DNA of 24,990 bases from positions 1 to 24,990 of the forward strand of contig JAHIHE010000004.1 of NCBI GenBank assembly GCA_018899995.1. Reading direction: 5' to 3'. A model generated the notes under the pieces. The model was not told the origin of the DNA. It saw only the letters and a program-made list of their open reading frames with translations, and did no database searches. Numbering within the stretch: the stretch's first letter is position 1; every line of letters begins with the position of its first letter. Positions 7,069-15,297 of this stretch are shown in pieces. A program made the position numbers and the translations under genes. This stretch comes from Patescibacteria group bacterium. Its GTDB lineage: Bacteria > Patescibacteriota > Minisyncoccia > JAHIHE01.

Positions 7069-8613
7069 TTAATTTAAATTTTTGTCCTCGTAGTTCAACG
7101 GACAGAACACAAGCCTCCGGAGCTTGGGATGCAAGTTCGATTCTTGCCGAGGGCACCACGTAGGAAATTGCAAGGAGTTTTGGTTCGCCTCGCTTCGCTC
7201 GGCGACTAATTCGTATTCAATTTTGGGGGTAAAAACGAATTCACGATTTCGCAAAATATGGTTCGAGCCGATGTTTTTCAGAAATGTTGTCATTGCAGTC
7301 GGATTGGGAGAGGAAAGCAGATTAGCGGCTTGATTTAAGGATTTTACGAACTCACGAGCCGGTTCGAGCCAAGACAACCCTTTTGTCTCAAAGTCGGTGA
7401 TTTTTTCGGAAAGTGATATTTTTTGAGACAGCAAAGTTTGTTTTTTGGCGGCGTATTCTTCTGTGGATAAGGCGTCAGCGAGATAGATATCTAACAACTT
7501 TTGAAGTTTTGCCTCGACTTGCGCTAATTGTTCTTTCATAACACTAACCTCGCCTTGTGCGTCCTCTCTCGCTTTATCCTGCTCACTATCCAACGCCGCC
7601 AAAACCTTCTCGGTATCTTGGCTCGACAAAGAAACTTTTTGAAGGTAAGAAGTGATTTGCTCTGTTAGTGCTTCCTCTCGCAGATAATGCTTTTCTTGGC
7701 AAATACCTTTCTTTTTCGTGCAACGATAGTAGTTATGCCTTTTCTGACGCTCTCCGGTAATTGAACAACCACACGAGGCACACTTTAGTAATCCAAGAAA
7801 AGCAAAATGATGTTTTCTCACTTCTTGCACTTTTCCACGCTTCGCCATTATCTCTTGGCATTTATCAAAAAGTTTCTTTGAAATTAACGGCTCGTGTTTC
7901 CCCTCAAAAATTTCCCCTTTCCACTTCATCAAACCAAGATAGAAAATATTTTGTAGATTCTTTTGGATATTGGCGATGACAAGTGGTTTATTGAGATTTC
8001 CACGCAAACCATTTTCATTGCACCAATTTGCGAGAGAATGAAGCGTATGCCTTCCGGTGGCGTACAATTCAAACATTTTTCTAACTTCGGGAGATTTATC
8101 TGGGTCAATATCTATTCCACGAGTTTTTGGATTATTGATGTAGCCAACCGGAGCCCAGCCGGGCCATACGCCATTTCTGATTTTCTGTCGTAAACCTCGC
8201 TTCACATTCTCTCGCAAATTGTCTACAAAATATTTTGATTGGCCAAAAGCGATGTTGAGCATAAACAACCCTTGCGGTGTTGGCTCAAACCAGAAAGTGG
8301 GAAATTTGAGAGATTTAATCAAGCCGCGATCAACAAAGTGGATTATTTTTCCACCATCAACACTGTTCCTTGCCAATCTGTCCGGGTGCCACGAAATTAT
8401 TCCGTCCGCCTTGCCTTGTTCCAGAAATGACAACATTTCGGAGAACTTTGTTCGCCCAGGTTCTTTAGCAGTCTTTGCCTCACATAGCGAGGCGACAATT
8501 TCAAGTTTTTCTTTAGCGGCAAATTCTTTTAATTCAACAAGCTGGGCTTCAATACTTAAAACTTGCCTGTCATCTTTTTCTGTGCTCTTGCGAGTGTAGA
8601 TAATGTATTTCAT
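7069..8613 (-). CDS. Large serine recombinase (resolvase + recombinase + Zn-ribbon + coiled coil)
   Basis: Catalytic YTRKST, DRLARN, CASCG...YYRC zinc ribbon. The last ~30 codons (WCPRQESNL...) are the antisense of tRNA-Arg. Confidence 0.93.
   Translation of the reverse strand: MKYIIYTRKSTEKDDRQVLSIEAQLVELKEFAAKEKLEIVASLCEAKTAKEPGRTKFSEMLSFLEQGKADGIISWHPDRLARNSVDGGKIIHFVDRGLIKSLKFPTFWFEPTPQGLFMLNIAFGQSKYFVDNLRENVKRGLRQKIRNGVWPGWAPVGYINNPKTRGIDIDPDKSPEVRKMFELYATGRHTLHSLANWCNENGLRGNLNKPLVIANIQKNLQNIFYLGLMKWKGEIFEGKHEPLISKKLFDKCQEIMAKRGKVQEVRKHHFAFLGLLKCASCGCSITGERQKRHNYYRCTKKKGICQEKHYLREEALTEQITSYLQKVSLSSQDTEKVLAALDSEQDKAREDAQGEVSVMKEQLAQVEAKLQKLLDIYLADALSTEEYAAKKQTLLSQKISLSEKITDFETKGLSWLEPAREFVKSLNQAANLLSSPNPTAMTTFLKNIGSNHILRNREFVFTPKIEYELVAERSEANQNSLQFPTWCPRQESNLHPKLRRLVFCPLNYEDKNLN
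7084..7158 (+). tRNA. tRNA-Arg (anticodon CCG)
   Basis: Acceptor GTCCTCG/CGAGGGC, D-arm GTTC/GAAC, anticodon stem CAAGC/GCTTG with loop CTCCGGA (CCG at 7117-7119), T-arm GCAAG-TTCGATT-CTTGC, encoded ACCA. Confidence 0.95.
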
Positions 8614-8682
8614 ATTTTTTTCCTTTGGTTAATAATAATTTTGAAAAAATTTTCTTTTACTTTGAATTAAATTCAAAACAAA

Positions 8683-8910
8683 ACCGCCAACTGATTTTTT
8701 ACCCAAAATTCCTTACAATTTAATCGCCGAGCGAAGCGAGGCGAATCAACGAAATTTGACTTTTCCTTACTAGTGCTCTATTCTTAAAATAGTTCGAACG
8801 CATTTCGCCGCCTGCGGCGACGGCCAGCCCCCAAAATTTGAGTGGCTTCGCCGCGATCTTAAAAACTGCCAAAGAACCTGATAAAAATATCGGCTCGAAC
8901 CATATTTTTG
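8683..8910 (+). pseudogene. Fragments of a second, oppositely oriented serine recombinase gene
   Basis: 8724-8745 matches the reverse complement of 7184-7205 at 22/22 (AERSEAN). 8861-8880 matches rc 8457-8476 at 18/20 (KTAKEP). 8883-8908 matches rc 7253-7278 at 25/26 (KNIGSNHI). Confidence 0.8.
8773..8860 (+). repeat. 88-bp perfect inverted repeat, left copy
   Basis: Exact reverse complement of 10455-10542. The ORF track shows the same peptide, KIAAKPLKFWGLAVAAGGEMRSNYFKNRA, on opposite strands at both sites. Confidence 0.95.
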
Positions 8911-9034
8911 GAAAAGAAAATTTTTTCATATCTGATTCCGAATTAAGTTTCGGTTTTTTTATTTTTGAGCTATAATTTAGATAGATATGGCTAAAACAGA
9001 TAAACAGCACATTAACAAGAAAGGAGGGGGAACT

Positions 9035-10315
9035 ATGATCAGCAATATCCTGATTATCGGTAGTGGTGGAAGAGAGCATGCACTCGCATGGAAACTCGCT
9101 CAATCACCACGCATTGGCAAGTTGTATGTCGCGCCCGGAAATGGCGGCACTCGTGACATCGCTGAAAATATTGCGATTGAAGCCACAGACGCCAGGGGTT
9201 TGGCTCGTTTTGCCGAAAAGAATTCAATCAATCTAACAGTAGTCGGTCCTGACGACCCGCTTGCGTTTGGCGTAGTTGATGTTTTTCAATCTCATGGCTT
9301 ACGCATTTTCGGACCCACTCGTGTCGCGGCACAGATTGAGGCATCTAAAGCGTTTGCCAAACGACTTATGCGCGATAGCGATATTCCGACTGCGCCATTT
9401 CGGATATTTCGAAAGCATGAAAGTGCATTAGAATATGTTCGCAAACATGGGGCGCCGATTGTCGTCAAGGCGAGCGGATTGGCGCTTGGCAAAGGTGCCT
9501 ATCCTTGCAAAACACTCGCTAAAGCAGAGAAGGCTCTGGCAGAAATTATGCTTGAGCGCGCTTACAATCAAGCTGGCAACGAAGTCATCGTCGAGGAGTT
9601 TCTGAATGGGCAAGAAGTTTCAATTCACGCTCTCTGCGACGGCAAAACCTCAATCCTATTACCTACCGCGCAAGACCACAAGCCGATTTTCGACGGCGAC
9701 AAGGGCAAGAATACTGGCGGTATGGGAACAATCGCGCCCGTGCCCTGGGTTACGGATCAAACCTTGCGAGAAGTGAACGAGCAAATCGTTCGCCCGACAT
9801 TGCAAGCGCTTACGAAGAAAGGAAAGCCGTTTACTGGTTGTTTGTACCCCGGGCTAAAGATGACAGACGAGGGGCCGAAAGTGCTTGAATACAACGCAAG
9901 ATTTGGCGACCCTGAAACGCAAAGTTATATGCGACTTCTCAAAACAGATTTGCTTGATGTTTTAGACGCATGCGTTGACGGTAAACTCGCCGACCTTGCC
10001 GTTGAATGGAATTCCGGTTTCGCCGTTTGCGTTGTCCTCGCTTCGGGAGGATATCCGGGAAAGTACAAAAAGGAAATTCCGATATCAGGCATTACTGAAG
10101 CGGAGAAAATTCCCGGTGTCGTTGTTTTTCACGCTGGCACAATGTGTAGCGACCAACTTCGGACTTCCGGCGGACGCGTTCTCGGAGTTACAGCAATCGG
10201 TAAAACTCTTCAAAAAGCTCTTGATCGAGCGTACGAAGCAGTTCGCCAAATTAAGTTCAAGGATATGCAGTACCGAAAAGACATCGGTGCTAAAGCCATT
10301 GCTATGGGGTTCTAA
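9035..10315 (+). CDS. purD: Phosphoribosylamine--glycine ligase (GAR synthetase)
   Basis: IGSGGREHALAWKL, APGNGG, KASGLALGKG, QDHK...NTGGMG, EYNARFGDPETQ, TSGGRVL, YRKDIG. SD AAGGAGG at 9021-9027 favours ATG 9035. Confidence 0.97.
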   Translation: MISNILIIGSGGREHALAWKLAQSPRIGKLYVAPGNGGTRDIAENIAIEATDARGLARFAEKNSINLTVVGPDDPLAFGVVDVFQSHGLRIFGPTRVAAQIEASKAFAKRLMRDSDIPTAPFRIFRKHESALEYVRKHGAPIVVKASGLALGKGAYPCKTLAKAEKALAEIMLERAYNQAGNEVIVEEFLNGQEVSIHALCDGKTSILLPTAQDHKPIFDGDKGKNTGGMGTIAPVPWVTDQTLREVNEQIVRPTLQALTKKGKPFTGCLYPGLKMTDEGPKVLEYNARFGDPETQSYMRLLKTDLLDVLDACVDGKLADLAVEWNSGFAVCVVLASGGYPGKYKKEIPISGITEAEKIPGVVVFHAGTMCSDQLRTSGGRVLGVTAIGKTLQKALDRAYEAVRQIKFKDMQYRKDIGAKAIAMGF

Positions 10316-10341
10316 TTCCTTCGGGGATTAGAACCTTTTTT
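10308..10341 (+). terminator. Intrinsic terminator of purD
   Basis: GGTTCTAATTCC-TTCG-GGGATTAGAACC stem-loop followed by a T run. Confidence 0.75.
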
Positions 10342-10454
10342 CTTTTCCGAAAAAGAATTTGCCGCCAAAGCAGTAAATTTTTCAAGCTCATTTTTCTTGA
10401 AAAATTTACTGTAATGAGTTATGATTAACTCATTAGAAAAACTTGAAATTGTCA

Positions 10455-10542
10455 AAGATCGCGGCGAAGCCACTCAAATTTTGGGGGCTGGCCGTCGCCG
10501 CAGGCGGCGAAATGCGTTCGAACTATTTTAAGAATAGAGCAC
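10455..10542 (-). repeat. 88-bp perfect inverted repeat, right copy
   Basis: Reverse complement of 8773-8860; ends in GCAC (10539-10542). Confidence 0.95.
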
Positions 10543-10595
10543 AAATTGTAGGACATTGTATGGGGCGAAGCCTTAAATTGAGGTTCGCCACGGGA

Positions 10596-10697
10596 TCCCG
10601 GGATGAACCCGGGACAAGTAAACCCTTGCCCTGCGTTCATCGCAGGGCGTGGCGCCCCGCCCCATGATAAACACGGGGTAAACGTTCATCGCGGGGC
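10596..10697. repeat. Cluster of small GC-rich hairpins (REP-like)
   Basis: TCCCGGG-ATGAA-CCCGGGA (10596-10614); GCCCTGCG-TTCAT-CGCAGGGC (10628-10648); CCCCATG-ATAAA-CACGGGG (10660-10678), nested within GCCCCGC...GCGGGGC. Confidence 0.75.
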
Positions 10698-10715
10698 GAT
10701 TCTTGCCGAGGGCAC
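10697..10715 (+). repeat. Duplicated tRNA-Arg 3' end (att-like right boundary)
   Basis: Identical to 7138-7156 over 19 bp. Confidence 0.9.
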
Positions 10716-10782
10716 ACTAAAAAAATTTTCGATTTTCAATGACCAATTTTCAAACAATTTTTAATTTTTAAACAAAAATATT

Positions 10783-11280
10783 ATGAGCAGAACCCTTGGG
10801 GCTATAATCATACTGCTTGCGGCTTTCTGGGCGATTAACAATCCTTCTTCCGCGCCGGTTCTAAACAAATATTTGCCCGAGCCCGGAATTCTGCCGTCAA
10901 GCAAATTATACCCGGCAAAAATTCTTTACGAAGACATCCGCGCCATGCTTACTTTTGACAATCTGTCCAAAGTGAAATTGTATCTGGAGCTGGCGGACAA
11001 ACGCCTGGCGGAAATAAAAAAGCTTGAGGAAAAAGGTGATGTTAATCAAATCAAAGAAACCCTTCTGCGGTACCAAAAATTGACGGAAAAATCGCAGGAA
11101 ACGATAAATGCCGCGCGGGAGAAAACCAAAGAGTTTCAGGATAGCGCGAATAAAATCATTGACGAGGCGAAAAGCAAGGACGCAAGCACGCTTGCGGAAC
11201 TTTACGCGAAAACATCCGGAGAAATAAAAAACGCCATAAACGATTCGCTTGCTAAGATTATGAAATGGAGGACGAATTAG
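10783..11280 (+). CDS. DUF5667-like membrane-anchored helical protein
   Basis: N-terminal hydrophobic segment, then PGILPSSKLYPAK...LYLELADKRLAE, which resembles CPR DUF5667 from recall. Confidence 0.65.
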   Translation: MSRTLGAIIILLAAFWAINNPSSAPVLNKYLPEPGILPSSKLYPAKILYEDIRAMLTFDNLSKVKLYLELADKRLAEIKKLEEKGDVNQIKETLLRYQKLTEKSQETINAAREKTKEFQDSANKIIDEAKSKDASTLAELYAKTSGEIKNAINDSLAKIMKWRTN

Positions 11281-11302
11281 TGAAATAATATAAAATTAAC
11301 AT

Positions 11303-11488
11303 ATGTCTTTTTCCGAACAAGAAAAAATAAAAATCGTGAAAAGCGCTTTTCAAAAATTCGTTGACACTGTTTTAAAACTGCTTGCTGGGCAGAGGGCTTT
11401 ATTTGAGAAAATTATGAAACAAATTGAAGCGCGAAAAATCGCGGAGCATCGGGAGAAAATTAAGAATATTTTTAATTCTAATAAATAA
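11303..11488 (+). CDS. Small hypothetical protein
   Basis: 61-aa ORF, co-directional and closely spaced after 11280, with plausible composition. Confidence 0.55.
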   Translation: MSFSEQEKIKIVKSAFQKFVDTVLKLLAGQRALFEKIMKQIEARKIAEHREKIKNIFNSNK

Positions 11489-11521
11489 TAATTATTTTAA
11501 ATTTCAAAATTACTCCTTTAT

Positions 11522-11560
11522 GTCATTGCGAGGAGCCCAGCAGGGCGACGCGGCAATCTC
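11522..11560. repeat. CGTC-type REP-like element
   Basis: GTCATTGCGAGG...GACGCGGCAATCTC, the pattern of the GTCATTGCGAG/GCAATC family. Confidence 0.7.
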
Positions 11561-11645
11561 TAATTCTCAAAAGCGACACAAGAAGTCGCAATAACAAAAC
11601 AGATATAAATAATTTTAAAGTAATAATTAATTATAAAATAAAAAT

Positions 11646-12530
11646 ATGGCAGAAGAAAACAAAGAAGAAGAGTTAGAAAAAACAGTGGAACAAAAAGAAG
11701 CCCCCGTTTCTTTAGAGGGAGAACCGGAAAAAATAGAAACTTTGGATGAAGCTTTGGAAAAAGGCGAAAGAGGTAAAGAAGGAATAATAAATAAAGCGGT
11801 AAAAGAAATAGGCGACGAGAAAAAAACACTTGAAACCCACGGGGCTGATTCGGCACAAATTGGCGAATTTAATAAAGGCAGGAAAGAAGTTGAGGAGGGC
11901 GTTGCAGGGGCAGAAAAAGTTTATACCAAAGCAACCGAAGATTTAGGCGATAATAAAACAAAAACGAGGGATAAAATATTGCAAGAATTGGAAAAAATTA
12001 ATAACGAGATGGACAAGGGGTATAGAAACGGATTAGGGTTGCCGGAAACGGATAAACTTAAGAAACAAAGGGGGAAATTGCTTGATTTGCTTGGTGATAA
12101 AGATGAGAATATTGGCAGAGAAACAGGATATATAGGCAAGGGGCTGGGGCAGAAAGCGGAGAGCACAGAGGCAGGACATATAAAAGAAATTGCAGAAGAA
12201 CGACCGAATTCAGCCGTAAAAGAAGAGGTGCTTGTAAAAACAGAGGATAAGGCCGTAGAGGCGCGAACAATAAGCGAGAAAGCAAACAAGGAAATAAAAA
12301 AACTTCTTAAAGATCCGGCTTCCGAACTTTCTGTATTGATGAAGGCGGCCAATTTCAGGGAGGACTACATACAAAAATTAAAAGATGATTTAGAAAAAGC
12401 AAAAGTAAATAAGGTGGACAGGGAAGTGAGGGTAAAATTTTACGAAAAAAGTATAGCGGAACACGAAGCTACGCTGGAAAAACATAAAAAAAGAATAAAG
12501 GAAATCATAAGCAAGATAGAAGAAAAATAG
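11646..12530 (+). CDS. Hypothetical highly charged (Glu/Lys-rich) coiled-coil protein
   Basis: 294-aa ORF; no recognisable motif. Confidence 0.75.
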   Translation: MAEENKEEELEKTVEQKEAPVSLEGEPEKIETLDEALEKGERGKEGIINKAVKEIGDEKKTLETHGADSAQIGEFNKGRKEVEEGVAGAEKVYTKATEDLGDNKTKTRDKILQELEKINNEMDKGYRNGLGLPETDKLKKQRGKLLDLLGDKDENIGRETGYIGKGLGQKAESTEAGHIKEIAEERPNSAVKEEVLVKTEDKAVEARTISEKANKEIKKLLKDPASELSVLMKAANFREDYIQKLKDDLEKAKVNKVDREVRVKFYEKSIAEHEATLEKHKKRIKEIISKIEEK

Positions 12531-12563
12531 TAAGAAAATTGAAAACCGATTAGATGTTTTAAA

Positions 12564-13352
12564 ATGATGCGAAAAGAATTTTCAATGAGAATCAAAAAAA
12601 TATCGTCAAAAACGGATTACAGATGCCCGTATTTTAAAATCGTTAAAACCGGTTTTTCGATTCCCGGACAAAAGAAAACCGCTTATTGGTATCTTCTAAA
12701 GCGAGGCAACTATGTCTCTATTTTGGCAAAAGAAGGAAATTATCTTTATATGGTGGAATTATACAGATTTGCCATAGAGAAAAAATCACTGGAATTTCCG
12801 GCAGGGATTATTGAGAAAAACGAGACGCCGCGCGAGGCGGCAAAAAGAGAGCTGGAAGAGGAAACCGGCATTATCGCCAAAAAGCTTACTCTTTTGGATT
12901 GGTATTACGCTTTCATTGGAATGTCTGACTGCAAATCGTATGTTTTTTTGGCCGAGAATTTAAGTTTTAATAAACAAAAACTTGACAGAAGCGAGTTTGG
13001 AATGAAAATTAAAAAAGTAAAAATTTCCGATGTGGAGAATTTGGTACGAAAAGGAAAAATCAGGGGCGAGCACAACATAAACAGCTTTTATGTTTATAAG
13101 CTGAAAGGAAAAAAACTTATGCCTAAAAACGACCCAAACTGCAAGAATGGTTTAGATAAAAATATAATCAATAAAGAAGTTTTTGGCCGAGAAATTTCAC
13201 TTTGCCAAAAATTAAGCAATAAAAATAACGGCAAATGCGGCTGGGGCAAATGCATGGATTGCGGAGTAGTTCCACTTTTATACAAACTTCATAAAGGCAA
13301 GCTTTTGGAAGATAGTAAGGCGAAAAAAATCAAAGAAGAAATTTTTAAATAG
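12564..13352 (+). CDS. Nudix hydrolase with a C-terminal Cys-rich extension
   Basis: Nudix box GIIEKNETPREAAKRELEEETG; C-terminal CQKL...CGWGKCMDCG. Start could be ATG 12585. Confidence 0.85.
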   Translation: MMRKEFSMRIKKISSKTDYRCPYFKIVKTGFSIPGQKKTAYWYLLKRGNYVSILAKEGNYLYMVELYRFAIEKKSLEFPAGIIEKNETPREAAKRELEEETGIIAKKLTLLDWYYAFIGMSDCKSYVFLAENLSFNKQKLDRSEFGMKIKKVKISDVENLVRKGKIRGEHNINSFYVYKLKGKKLMPKNDPNCKNGLDKNIINKEVFGREISLCQKLSNKNNGKCGWGKCMDCGVVPLLYKLHKGKLLEDSKAKKIKEEIFK

Positions 13353-13419
13353 ATTTTACTTAAAAACAGTCTGTTGTTAAACTGTTTTCTCGGTAATTTC
13401 AATAATCAATCTATATATT

Positions 13420-13461
13420 TGCTATAATTTTAATAGTATGGTAATATGTATTATCATACTA
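13420..13461 (+). promoter_or_regulatory. Extended -10 promoter plus 28-bp palindrome (copy 1)
   Basis: TG-C-TATAAT 13420-13428; TAGTATGGTAATATGTATTATCATACTA 13434-13461. Confidence 0.8.
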
Positions 13462-13481
13462 TTAATTATTAAATAAAAAAT

Positions 13482-13934
13482 ATGTCTAAAGTTAATCCCA
13501 TGGCATTAGACTCAAAATCCAAGATGAAATATTTGGATTTGTTATGGACATCAATTGCGCAGTTGGAAACCAGAGACGAAGTCAAGCAATTTTTTAAGGA
13601 TCTTTTAAGCGAAAGCGAGGCGATAATGCTGGCGCGGCGGATTGAGGTTGCCAAGCGTTTACTGGAAGGTGAATCTTACGATGGTATTGCGGGGGAATTA
13701 AGGGTTGGCAAAGATACGATCGGACGGGTGCAGGGATGGCTTACTTCAGGTTTTGGCGGGTATGAAAAAGCAATTAGCGGCTTTAAAAAAGAATTGGATC
13801 GCCGCTTTGGCAAGTCAATGGTAGTTGATAAAAAAGAACCATATAGCTTCGGCTGGATTAAACAAAAATATCCCTTGCAATTTTTATTGTTTAATTTACT
13901 TTCCGGCGATAAAGATTCAAAGAATAAAAAATAG
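13482..13934 (+). CDS. TrpR-like (YerC/YecD family) DNA-binding protein
   Basis: FFKDLLSESEAIMLARRIEVAKRLLEGESYDGIAGELRVGKDTIGRV. Confidence 0.85.
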   Translation: MSKVNPMALDSKSKMKYLDLLWTSIAQLETRDEVKQFFKDLLSESEAIMLARRIEVAKRLLEGESYDGIAGELRVGKDTIGRVQGWLTSGFGGYEKAISGFKKELDRRFGKSMVVDKKEPYSFGWIKQKYPLQFLLFNLLSGDKDSKNKK

Positions 13935-13945
13935 ATATTTCGTGA

Positions 13946-13973
13946 TAGTATGGTAATATGTATTATCATACTA
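13946..13973. repeat. 28-bp palindrome (copy 2)
   Basis: Identical to 13434-13461; ends 10 bp before ATG 13984. Confidence 0.95.
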
Positions 13974-13983
13974 ACAAAAATTT

Positions 13984-14412
13984 ATGATCGAAAAAACTTT
14001 AGGAAATAAAAAAGTGTACGAATTATCTAAAGAAGAATGCGAGAAATTGCTAAAAGCTGCGGATGAGGCGATGAAAAACACTTTTCCAAAAAGCAACGAT
14101 GGTTTTGCCGTTGCTTTGATGACAAAATCGGGAAATATTTATATCGGCGTTTCGTATAAATCAGACACGGAAACGTTAACCATGCATTCTGAAGCTACGG
14201 CTTTAGCGCATGCCGCGATTCATGGCGAAAAAGAAATTGTGGCAATTACTGGACCGAATTGTCATATTTGCAAACAGCTTATTTATGAAAGCAGTTTGTG
14301 TTCGGGAATTGATATTGTTGTAGTAATTGAAGAGGATGGCAAAATAAAACAAATACCAATTTCAAAAACGATGCCTTATCCGTGGCCAAGGGAATGTATG
14401 AAAATACTTTGA
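13984..14412 (+). CDS. Cytidine deaminase-fold protein
   Basis: AVALMTKSGNIYIGV, HSE (HxE) and PNCHIC zinc ligands. Confidence 0.8.
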   Translation: MIEKTLGNKKVYELSKEECEKLLKAADEAMKNTFPKSNDGFAVALMTKSGNIYIGVSYKSDTETLTMHSEATALAHAAIHGEKEIVAITGPNCHICKQLIYESSLCSGIDIVVVIEEDGKIKQIPISKTMPYPWPRECMKIL

Positions 14413-14460
14413 TACTTGGGAGTATTAAAGTATTTAATTGAGAACATTTATACACGAAGA

Positions 14461-15297
14461 ATGAAAATCAAAGAAATTAAAGTAAAATCAATTATTGTAA
14501 AATCAAATCTACCCGAGGGGGATTTTGTCATAAACCCATATATCGGATGCCAGCACGGATGTAAATATTGCTATGCGAGATTTATGAAAAGATTTACAGG
14601 CCATACGGAACCTTGGGGCTTTTTTGTTGATGTAAAAATCAACGCTTCCGATTTAATCCCGGAAGATACAAATAAATACAAAGATAAATCCATAGTAATT
14701 AGTTCCGTTACTGATCCTTATCAGCCAATTGAAAGAAAATACAAGCTCACAAGAAAAATTCTTGAAAGACTTATACCTCTCCAGCCGCATTTGAGTTTGA
14801 TGACTAAATCAGATTTAGTAATTAGAGATGTTGATTTATTTAAACAATTTAAAGATTGTCTTGTTGCGTTTTCTTTATCGGTTTTAGATGATAAAACAAG
14901 AAAAGAAATAGAACCATTATCATCTTCTGTAGATAAAAGAATAAATGCTCTAAAAAATCTTCATAAAGCTAATATCCCAACAGCCCTTTTTATTTCACCA
15001 ATCTTTCCAGAAATAACCGATTGGAAAAAAATAATCAACAAAACAAAATCTTTTGTAGGTGAATATTGGTTTGAAAACCTAAACCTTTATTCGTCTATCA
15101 AAAACGGGATTTATAGATTTTTAAGGGAAAATAAACCTGAACTTGTGGAGAAATATAAAAAAATCTATTCAAAAGATAGCAATTATTGGAATATTGAAGA
15201 AAATAACATAAACGAATTCTGTAAAAAGAATAAACTTAATTGCAGAATTTATTTTCATCATAAAACCAACCATGTTCAGCAACCCCTTAAAAATTAA
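14461..15297 (+). CDS. Radical SAM protein, SplB/DNA-repair photolyase-like
   Basis: NPYIGCQHGCKYCYA (CxxxCxxC), SSVTDPYQPIE, MTKSDLVIRD. ATG 14461 chosen over the upstream TTG. Confidence 0.85.
   Translation: MKIKEIKVKSIIVKSNLPEGDFVINPYIGCQHGCKYCYARFMKRFTGHTEPWGFFVDVKINASDLIPEDTNKYKDKSIVISSVTDPYQPIERKYKLTRKILERLIPLQPHLSLMTKSDLVIRDVDLFKQFKDCLVAFSLSVLDDKTRKEIEPLSSSVDKRINALKNLHKANIPTALFISPIFPEITDWKKIINKTKSFVGEYWFENLNLYSSIKNGIYRFLRENKPELVEKYKKIYSKDSNYWNIEENNINEFCKKNKLNCRIYFHHKTNHVQQPLKN

Larger units (their letters stand above)
7138..10715. mobile_element. tRNA-Arg-integrated island (serine recombinase + purD)
   Basis: The 19-bp tRNA 3' end CGATTCTTGCCGAGGGCAC (7138-7156) is repeated directly at 10697-10715. 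The recombinase abuts the tRNA. Confidence 0.8.

Noticed and set aside
8720-10667. Short ORFs 8720-9103(-), 10443-10667(+) and 10452-10640(-) as genes
   Set aside because: Their shared peptide is just the 88-bp inverted repeat read in frame. They overlap purD or repeat clusters.
10720-10775. ATTTTCA-type low-complexity tract
   Set aside because: Degenerate AT-rich sequence with no clear period or structure.
5581-15297. A coordinated deamination/repair system joining EndoQ, Nudix, deaminase and radical SAM
   Set aside because: The genes are up to 9 kb apart, separated by an island and unrelated genes, with no shared regulatory motif seen.
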